Shown one piece after another: positions 54,354 to 64,000 of a stretch of 64,000 nt of DNA. Both the position numbers and the translations under genes were made by a program. Numbering within the stretch: position 1 is the first letter of the stretch; each line of letters begins with the position of its first letter. This DNA comes from Tubiluchus corallicola (lineage: Eukaryota; Animalia; Priapulida): contig JAQGDQ010000602.1 in the NCBI GenBank assembly GCA_030141605.1, positions 1 through 64,000 of the forward strand, in the 5' to 3' direction. The notes below the pieces were generated by a model, which worked only from the letters and a program-made list of their open reading frames with translations, made no database searches and had not been told where the DNA came from.

Positions 54354-57300
54354 CCATCACTATCACCATCATCATCATCATTATTACACTCTTCACCATA
54401 GCTGGTCAATGGGGAGTGAGAATAAAATGTTCAAATTGGATTTCTGGCAAGAAATGCTCATCCCTCTACTGGCCACGCAAAGCATTAAGATTCAAAGGCT
54501 ACAGTTAAAAATGCCAGGAAATTCCACGACTGGGAAATAAGTTTGAACCACTCACGTGCGTCCGGATAGTTTTCAAAACCAGGTGGTAACGGTGCGATGG
54601 GTTGAGTTTGCTGTGGAGGCGGTGCAAAGGCAAAACTAGAGAAAAGCTCACGGAGCGGAATCGTACCGATCACAAGTGGAATCGTTAGTTCCATGTTTAA
54701 TGCCGGACCAGATGGACTGATCTTTACCTGTTCAAAGAGAGAAATTTGTTTATCAACTGTAGATAATCACTTATCAGACTTTAGCAAAGAATCAAGTAGT
54801 GGCGGCGCATGTGTAGATATTTTGGAACTGTAGCACCTCCTATTTTCACTCGATATTATCGATAATATTCAATATAATGAGTCTTTTTTCTTTGATTCTT
54901 TCTTTATACTCGTATGTAAATTTTTGTACGGAACTAGACCATGTCAGGGAACTGTGCACTCGATAATTGTGGAGTATGGCTGTTGTGCACATGCGGCCAT
55001 GCGCACACGTTCGAGATAAAAAGCTGCACACTAAATAGAAAAAGTACTGTCTCTCACGCAGTGTTGATCAAGGAGAAAATTATTAATCTTTCCGCGCAAA
55101 GTAAAACGAGAAAAATGGATTTTGTTTTTAAATGAAAGGATCAATTTAAACTTAAATTAACTTATTATATTAATTAATTAGATTAATTTAACTTGAACTG
55201 TGACAATTTAGGCTATTAGTAAGTAAAAATTATTTTTTGTTTAAGATTTTATCAACTTTATATATATAAATAAACTTTATCAACTTTATATATAAATTTG
55301 ACACCTTTTTTCACTTAATGACGTAGCATTTCATTTTAACGAGATTTTTTTGTTTTGCACAAAGCCAATTTTTATCTTATCAATAAATTTCTTATCTCAT
55401 TTGACGCCTTAAAACAGTATTTGTTCTGTTCTAGAAATGCACTGTTAACGTATACACTGCAATTGTTATATAAGTGCATGCGTTTTTGCTTCCCGTCTGA
55501 CCACTAAATGTCGGCCATTTGTATCCAGCGACACCTGGAAGTAAACTTTATGCGAAAGAATTCTGCCAGCAACCTGTTGCTATAGCAACCAGTTTAGTGC
55601 ATACCAAGTACCTAGATAAAATTCCCAAGGTCGCACCAGAACTTGGCTTTGACTCAGCTGTAGGGTTTATTGTCTAACTGCTGCCTAGACTGAAACAGTT
55701 TAACTTCAACTAAAGAAAAACTGCCTACTAGGTAAGATATATAGGTGGTTTCAAGCAAGCAGAAAAAACTCTAGTTTATATGATTTTAGTAGCACTGATT
55801 TTTGCCTCTGAAACATATTTCAATACTTTTACTTTACATTTTTACGGAAGTCTCGGCTTCATTTAATGACGTTTCACTTAACATAGCATTTTGTTGGAAC
55901 GCATTAGCGTCGTTAAGCAAGGACCTAGTTTACATAAAAAGACTCGAATCAGTCACAGCAGAACATACCAGTATCACATAGTTGATATCAATGATGCTGC
56001 AATAGATGAGGTCAGACGGAGGGGTGGGAGGAATAGAAATCTCTGCTGTCCACGTCTCGTTCTGTCTTCCCCTTATTTCGCCTCCACGAAGTGTGCAAAT
56101 GTCTTTGTGATCCACCTTTGTTTTGCTTGTGGCGTGAAACTTGCATATCTGTTGCGGAGAAACATTCAGAAGATACATTTTAGTAAATCAACTGGCATAA
56201 AGGTTTAAAGGCTAACTACAGAATATTTATGAACTTTTCAATTCAATTTCAATTTATTTATCTCTTTATAATACTACAATAAAACATGATTAATAAAAGA
56301 ATCACTAATAAGTTTGAAGCACGGCTAAAATGAATAGATAGATCTAGAACTAGTAAAAGGATAGTGAAAAGACAATTCAATTCAATTTCAGTTTATTTAT
56401 CTCCTTATAATACTACGATAAAACATGATTAATAAAAGAATCGCTAATAAGATTTGAAGAACGGTTAAAGTGAATAGATAGATCTAGAACTAGAGAAAGG
56501 ATAGCAAAAAAACAATTAAATTAAATTCAATTCAATTTAATTTCAATTTATTTATCTCCTTATAATACTACGATAAAACATGATTAATAAAAGAATCACT
56601 AATAAGTTTTGAGGTATGGTTAAAATGAATAGATATCTAGTGCTTATGGTGTATACACACAAACATGTTAAACCATTTCAACTATCAAACGACTTGATAA
56701 CAGTTGGGATTCACGAAACTTTTACCTCTCTCAGTATCACTTCACTGTAATTACACTTCCTGTTTGTGTTGTTCTCAACTTCGACAGTGACCGGAATCAC
56801 CTGGCCGGGCACGTAACCGGTACGTGGGATCTTAGCCCTGCAGGCGATGGGTCCGGACTTACAACAACAGCAGCAAAGGGTCTTCTCATCACACACATCA
56901 GCGCCAATCTAGAAAACAAAAAATATGCTAAATTTCAAACAATAAATTCCACCCATTGCTTAGAAAGTTAGTAAACGTATTCTGTTTTCTAACTAACAGA
57001 CTGTCTAGGATATTTTAGAATAACTTGAAGGACTTATGCATAATCATAGTACTATTAGTGGAAGAATAATTTATTAACTAGTAACAGCCATCATGTAAAT
57101 GCTGTCATGAAAGACAGGTGCTGCCATCATTGACAATAAAAAGAAACATAAGTTAAAGCAGCTTTAATATCTTTTATCCTTAATTTATAGATTACATTTA
57201 GCATTTTGCTTCAATGTATGACCATGTGTACATAATGCGTAATCCGTAATGCGTCATGCCTGATCCGTATTCATTCAAACATGATCACCACCGTTGAAAT

Positions 57301-60300
57301 ACGCATCATGCAGCAGTATGCAGTTGGGAAAGCGCCGATGCCTGGGTGATTTTAGGGAGTTTTTAAGTTTCCGGAGACCATTTTCGGCGTTTAGCTTCCT
57401 AAAAATTTTAATTCATAAACACCAGAACACATTATATTTGACTGTGATTTGGTAGACCATCAATTTTGAATAAATATGAGACAAGTTCTGCCCTCAGCCA
57501 ACATAAGAGATTTATCTAAAAAGAGAAAAAGCTGTGTGCCAGGCATATGTAAATATTGTTAGACATGTTGTGCAGAAAAAATTGTTATAAAGAAATTCAA
57601 ATTATATTCACAGAGAAGCAGGTACTGAGTTAATCGTTATATAAAGTATAGTGTAAACTATGTATATATTTTAAATTTATCCTTAATTGGCATTATTGTA
57701 TAATAAAGTTATCGTAAATAGTCATATTTTGTAAACGAACCCCTGCAAATAGAGGGGAAACAATGTATTCATTGTTTAAATAAAAAGACTTATAATAATA
57801 ATAATTCCAAAAAAGTCTAGTTAAGTGAGTTTTGTTTCCTTTTCGGATCTATAAACAATAATATTTTTTCCATTTGAGTTTTGGAGAGATGGAAGAAGCG
57901 TGTACTTGTGCGTTGTGCATCCAACTGCAACTCTTCCCTTAAATGATGATATAAGTGGCATTGTTTTCTCCCCTGCAAAACGTTGTGCACCCAAAAACCT
58001 GTACTTTCTTTTCCGAGTAATGATCCAATAATAGGCTAATCCTGCAGCTGTAATTATCATGGTTAAATTTCAACAGAGACATGGTTTCATAAAATTATTG
58101 CTTGCGATTTTCACAAATAGTAGCCAAAAATGGTGTGAATTTTGTTAATACACGTAGCATTTTACAGACACATGGAAACAAGCAGTACGCATTAAGTGCA
58201 CACTGCACAATGCACATGGAATCAAGCAGTATGCATTAAGTGCACACTGCACAATGCACATAGCATCAAGCAGTATGCATTACGTGCACACAGCACAATG
58301 CACATGGAATACAGCAGTACGCATTACGTGCACACTGCACAATCCACATGAAATCGTAGCTTAACTGTCTTTGTTATTTGAGGTGAATTTAAGATCAGTT
58401 CTGTAAAATCTTGCTTATTAAAGGTCTGTTCACACAATAAGACTCTATATTGTTATTTTAATGAAAGTTGCTCTCTTGCACGTAATGCCAACAGTTTTCC
58501 TGGGGTACTCATTGTTGTCATAATTTTACCCTAAACATCCCAGAGGCAGTATGGCTGCATATAAAGTTTTTTCACTCGGCATTCTTACGTATGAAACTCT
58601 CAAACAGAAGCTTCTCTGTGTGACCCTGTGTTAGTTACCATCTCTCGCCATTTCAAGAATGACATCAACAGACATTAATTAATTAACATTAACAATAATT
58701 AATAAGCTACTTATAAGAATTCTCTTTTTCTTGACTGTACTCTCACTTTTGCTCTCTTAATGTAGTGTGAACACCCACAGATATTTTTTGAGGTGATATG
58801 TTGAAAAGAGAATCTAAAAATGCCCCTAAGGTGCCACAAAAACAAGAATTCTATCTGCGAATCACAAAATGATAAAATCACAACATTTTCACTCACCGCG
58901 CAGCCTTGTCTCACGTTTAGATCAAGATGAGACAGCACAGTAAAAGGTGCCTTTATAGTATGATCAAACTTCCATGGCCTGAAAAAGATTAAAAGTTATG
59001 AAACCGTAAAATGAAATATCGACACGTATGAAACCAGCGTACTAAGATCGAATGGAATAGCGGCTCAGTTACGAGCACTGTGAAACTGCAGCACCCCCAA
59101 TTCTCATTCGATATAATTGCTAATATTTAATACAACGAGTCTTTTTTCTTTAATTCTTTCTTTATAGTTGTACGTACTTGTAAATACTTATATGAAGCCA
59201 GAGCATGTGACGAAACTGCGCCCCTCACAGGTCTAGCACAGTGCACTAACAGCTCCAGCAATGTGGTATTTGGGTGTCGTGCGCATGTCGGAGATAAGAT
59301 GCTGCACGCTAGGTAGAGAAAGCACTGTCATTTACGCAGTGTTGATCAAGGAGAAAATTATTAATTTTTTCATGCAAAGTAAAACAAGTATAATGGTTTT
59401 TCTTTTCAAATAAATTGATTTAAATTTAATTTAAGATTAATTTAACTTGAACTGTAACAATTTAGGCTATTACTAAGTAAAATGTATTTTTTTTGTTTAG
59501 GATTGTATAAAATTTATATACAAATTTTCTTTTTGTATGTGGGTTCAAAATTTTCAAAAGCAGCACGCCTACTAATTTTAACTCCGAGTGGTCACTGATC
59601 GAACACTGTCGATAATTTTTTGACCTTCAAATCTTCGTTGTCAACTGAGTCAACAATTTTACTCAACTCTACTATTATCTGATGTCTAATGACAAGTAAA
59701 AGAGTCACAAAGCAAACAGAAAAATAAACCAAACAATGCAAACAAGCAAGAAACTAAAGTCTATGCCAATCTTGTTATAATGAAGAATTTTATTGTTATC
59801 ACATGTATCTAGCTGATTGCCAATGACATAAAAGCTGCAACAATTTAGTCGTGAAAAATTCGATAAATCTGCAATAAATCACAACAAGATGAAGCAACCG
59901 ACAATAATAAAGTGTAAGTAAGTAGAAGTTAATCCTCAGTCGATCAGTTTACATGAACACACGGGCCATAACGATCTTTATTGACTGTAATTGTTAAAAA
60001 CCTCTACAAATATATGTAGGTTAAATACACACTAAAATACAGTTGTATATAATGAACAGTCAGAGTAAACAATAACACATTCTTTCGACATTATTTCAAA
60101 ATGGGGTAGGGTTTGAAAAATCGTCCTGTTTTCCTTTAATAAAAAGTAGTTGAGGTTTTTTCCCTTTTGGGTTTAAACCATTTATGCATGCTGATACATG
60201 GTTATCAACACATGGATACAATTTCCTCCTTTCTTTCGTACCCTAAGCTTTGATTTCTCGTGTGTTTTCACTTATGAAAATGGGTTATAGTGTAATCTCA

Positions 60301-63300
60301 ATGAATTCCCGATTAATTAACTCCTTCAGGTCTGTAAGCGTTTAACTGCATTTTGCCTGGGTTCATGAAAAACTGCTCTCACTAAGCAGCGATTACATTA
60401 TATTTGCTAATTTTTGTAGGTTTCTACTCCTCACACAATGGACCTTCATGCAAAATTATATATGAAATGCAGTTGCTTACATTAAACAAATTAAAAACTG
60501 ATTTGTGAGAAAGAAATTGAAAAGAAGCTTCAGTAACTGCATTGTTTACACTGTAACAACGTACAGTATCACTTCTGTGAAATTGGCTAATGCAGAAAAT
60601 GTTAACTATCCAGAAATATCACTCCGATACACTTCGTTTGTTGTCTATTCTATTTTTAAGGAGAAATTCGTGTTAAAAGACGAAAAGACCTTAATTTGTC
60701 CTTGGCTGGTTCGCTGTTTTTTTCATGGAACAGCAGGAGAACACTGCACAGCTTGGGCTGCAGCAAGCAGGCGATTAATAAAGTAGTGTGTACGATCACA
60801 CAAAGTGTAAATCGGACTAAGCTACTCAATAGGCTAAATTTAAGTGCCCGTAAAGGGCCTGTTTTTCTTAATTTTCTCTAATTAAATCACTTAAATGGAC
60901 AACCCAGATTCTGCTGAAAAGAACAGTATCTAATTTGCAATCATTTAGTTATGTCTGTGCTCATATAGTAGCAGAAAACTCATAGTTCTTATAAGACCTA
61001 TTTTGACTGTGCACTCTTGACAGAGTTAAAAAGTAATCTTTACGAACCTGTCAATAACTCCCTTGATGAAGTACCTCACATTACCATGGAATCCTTCAAA
61101 ACTGGACGGTAAATTCACCGGAAGTGTGAACTGAAAATTGAAATTGTGCATTCCCGCGGGAAGTGTCGGATTATCTCCAGATTCTCCCTCTTCTGATACG
61201 TTAAAAATTGTAAAATGAATTTATTATACGGGACAAAACAAAAATAACGACACCGCACATTTGTTAATCTTCATGGAGTAGGTTTTAGAAGACTAGGTAG
61301 GTGGCGTCTTACTAATAATTTCTCTGAGTTTACTACAACGATACCTTTACATCAAATTTGGAAGTATCAAACTTTAATTTGTAATCATCAGTGTCATTTT
61401 CAGAACAAACAATTTCAAATTCAGAATAATCAAGATAAATTTCGGAATAATCGACATCAAATTTATTTTAATAAATGTCAAATTCGATTAGCGCAGTACG
61501 GTGGCAGCTCGTGTATAGGTAATGTCGTACTGCAGCACCCATTGTTTTCGCTCAATATTATCAATAATATTCAATATAATACGCATTTTTTTCTTTAGTT
61601 CTTTCTTTATACTGTATGGAATCAGAGCACGTGAGGGTAGTACGGTTTGCTTCACAGCCCAGCCCAGTGCAATGCCCTTGTTAAATTCTTTCAATTGCAT
61701 TTCCAAATATAATTACATGATTACAGTGACATTAAACTACTGGTAGTCTGGTACAAGCCCAAAGTAGACAGGCACTATGCTAAAGTTGCGTTTACATAGC
61801 ATTGTTTACATTTACATAATTGCATTTTTCGGGGCGAGAAATAGGTAGAATCATCGGTTTATGTTGTTTTCAATGCATCCATTTACGCAGCCTGCGTATG
61901 CGTTATTCTTTTTCTATTGATTTCCTATTGATTTTTTTCCGCAGATATTCTTCAGCCGGAATCGCATCCGGATGCTACGCAAATGCCACATAAGAAGACA
62001 AGACGTGCAGGCTGTGACGTACAACCCTCATCCACAAGTGCGCGGGCACAGAGCCAAACTCCAATGAAAAGGCGTATTTCCATTTTAAATTACGAAAACG
62101 TCTTTGCTATGTAATGAAAACCAAAAAAAACCCTATGCTAAATTACGAAAATCTTGATCACACTTTGTATGCTCTCTCACGAATGCGTGATTAAACTTCA
62201 CAACTCGTAAGTGCAAAAGAAAAACGGAAAAAAACTTACGTTTTCCATACACAGTAACTGCATGCTTAAAGTATGTTTCGTGGTTGCTGTAGTGAACAGT
62301 ATAGTGCTCAGTTTTTCCATCGCGAGTGCGAGATCGACTCTCTGACCAACTTACATTTGCCGATCCTTCAAATTTCACTCGAATACCTATACATTAGAAT
62401 GTCATGCAAGTACTAAAATAAGTGATAAAGATATAGAGTTCAAAATTAAGTTACGTAAATAATTGTAAAATATTTGATTGTCTGCAGACATTTGTAACTG
62501 AATTTAAACGCTTTAAATAATGATAATTGAAACTATTTTATGTATGTAGCGAAGATTCATGTTTAGTGATATTTTTACAGGCTAATCATATAACTATGTA
62601 CCATTAAGTTTTTATTTTATTTTTACTCACATAATGTAACTAATAATTCTGCAAATATTGTGTTTATATCAATTTACTAACAGTTATTGAATTTACTAAG
62701 CGAGGCGTGCGCGGGTATAAGTTGTTAAAACTTTCTGGCATAAATCGCATAATAAAATTATGTTCAAATTAAAATTAAGAGATAAATATTTGAAAATTTT
62801 TGCATTGTAATTGAAATTTGAACAAAACCGATAAACTGGTGATAAACACCAGTTTTATATGAAATGCTATTTGCATCATTATGTACCCTCCTAGCGGATG
62901 TTATACTGTTTGCGCTGAATCATTTTGTGTTTGCAATTCCAATTTCCTATTCATAGTTGGCAATTTGCCAAAAAATGAGCAAATTTGCTTGCAACAATTG
63001 TACAGTTCATTTTAGAAACCAAAGACCTTGTCTAGCAAAGAGGTATTTGCAACTAAAATCTTGGCATGTGAATGTAATTTACAGTGCATTTTCAGTAATT
63101 GGAAAGCGAATTTAACAGGAATTCAAATCTACGTTGTTTGACCAAAAGTGGTTAAAAATGTAAAAGTTGGACGTGAAGTGTGAATCATTCTTGCATTGAT
63201 TGAAAATTGATTGAAAATTTACTGGTAAGCTGCTCTGCAGGCCAACTGGGCCTATTCATTGAAGAGATTCAAAAATCGACTTCCGCCTCCTGAACCAAGT

Positions 63301-64000
63301 CTTGAAATTGAAAGTGTGCACGAGGGAGTGACACAGCAGGGTTGCTATTACTCCAGAGTCTCCTGAAATTCAGCCATATATCCATAGTTCGCTTGGACTT
63401 TTGGAAAATTCCAAAATTTACAGGTTTTTACCATCGAGTAGAAGTTTAAGTGAAAAATACAAATATGCATGTTCATGCTATTGTAACTTTGCACAAGGTT
63501 AAGTTAAAAATGGCAGAATCTCTGTTAAGAAAACAGCAAACTTATTAAATTAAGTTTAATTCTGCTATAAAGTTTCATCTTTTCACCCCGCCTACACTTT
63601 TTGCCAATTTTAGTTGCAGTAGCAAGTGTAGTGCAAGTAATCTTCGGTGATTTGCAGACTTTGCTTGAGCTTATTTGAGTGCACAAGGGTTACAGGTCTC
63701 AGTAACAGAAAATTCAAGAAAGTTTTACACTTTTAAGAGTCTGAAATCAAGATTTTCATTTCCAAAACAGACCTCGTAAAATGTCTGAAATACAGGAAAT
63801 GCGTCACTGTGCGGTGCTCCGTGGAATAGCCCACTTTTGGAAGCTTACAGTGCTGCCAGCAGAAGCCCTGGCTGCTTCTTTATTCTTGGTATTGATTTGT
63901 GAAAAGATGGCAACCCTATGACACAGAGATATTGTATCCCTACTACTTACCTCTCATTTTCATTGGTTCACTGAGTTCCACCACCATTTGCCCGGATATT
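53626..64000 (-). CDS. Alpha-arrestin (ARRDC family), tandem paralog copy B, 5'-partial. Exons 63951->64000, 62240-62386, 61048-61192, 58897-58978, 56726-56908, 55969-56148, 54556-54727, 53626-53744
   Basis: Same phases as copy A and identical lengths for exons 2-6 (147, 145, 82, 183, 180 nt). Motifs: ISGQMVVELSEPMKMRG, LPSSFEGFHGNVRY, IDRPWKFD, CCCCCKSGPI, GYVPGQVIPV, IPPTPPSDLIYCSIIDINY, LVIGTIPL, PPPSY, APVYPYY*. The start codon lies beyond the right edge. Confidence 0.93.
53770..53948. repeat. About 53-bp tandem repeat (about 3.3 copies) next to the ARRDC-B last-exon acceptor
   Basis: AAACATTCATGTTGCCAACAAAAGAGAAAAA recurs three times. Confidence 0.85.
54284..54381. repeat. (CAT)n microsatellite
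   Basis: Direct inspection. Confidence 0.97.
54797..55265 (+). mobile_element. Same hAT MITE family, 3'-truncated, in ARRDC-B intron 6
   Basis: TAGTGGCGGC..GGAACTGTAGCACC..CTATTTTCACTC..ATAATATTCAATATAAT..CTTGAACTG..ACAATTTAGGCTATTAGT. Confidence 0.75.
56238..56640. repeat. About 140-165-bp tandem repeat, about 3 copies
   Basis: TTATAATACTAC.ATAAAACATGATTAATAAAAGAATC recurs three times. Confidence 0.88.
58168..58352. repeat. 44-bp tandem repeat, about 4 copies
   Basis: AAGCAGTATGCATTAAGTGCACACTGCACAATGCACATGG. Confidence 0.88.
59055..59597 (+). mobile_element. Same hAT MITE family, full-length and diverged, in ARRDC-B intron 3
   Basis: Degenerate TIRs ending GAGTGGTCACTG; flanks ATCGAATG / ATCGAACA. 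Confidence 0.75.
61499..61672 (+). mobile_element. Same hAT MITE family, 5' fragment, in ARRDC-B intron 2
   Basis: CGGTGGCAGCTCGTGTATAGGTA..CTGCAGCACCC..CAGAGCACGTGAGGGTAGTAC.GTTTGCTTCACAG. Confidence 0.75.

Overview
AT-rich eukaryotic (animal, probably invertebrate) genomic DNA, not prokaryotic. Three multi-exon minus-strand genes were reconstructed by hand from splice signals and phase continuity. (1) The 5' part of a Dbl-family RhoGEF (ATG 17816, six coding exons down to 725, continuing off the left edge). (2) A complete 8-exon, 383-aa alpha-arrestin (ARRDC) gene at 36579-49700. (3) A tandem paralogous alpha-arrestin gene at 53626->64000 with the same exon architecture. Almost all long ORFs in the supplied track are artefacts of tandem repeats. 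Introns and intergenic DNA carry more than 15 unrelated minisatellites and many non-autonomous mobile elements (hAT and Tc1/pogo-type MITEs, LINE fragments, 5S- and tRNA-derived SINE-like heads, a solo LTR). The most notable observations are: minisatellites built from an exon 3' end plus its splice donor, giving in-frame alternative donors in the RhoGEF DH domain; a solo LTR with three heat-shock-element clusters ahead of a TATA box, antisense within an ARRDC intron; a TGT..ACA TIR element whose 29-bp subterminal repeat has expanded about 95-fold; and complementary (CT)n/(GA)n tracts bracketing a 58-nt frameshifting exon. All calls are from manual reading; no database searches were run.
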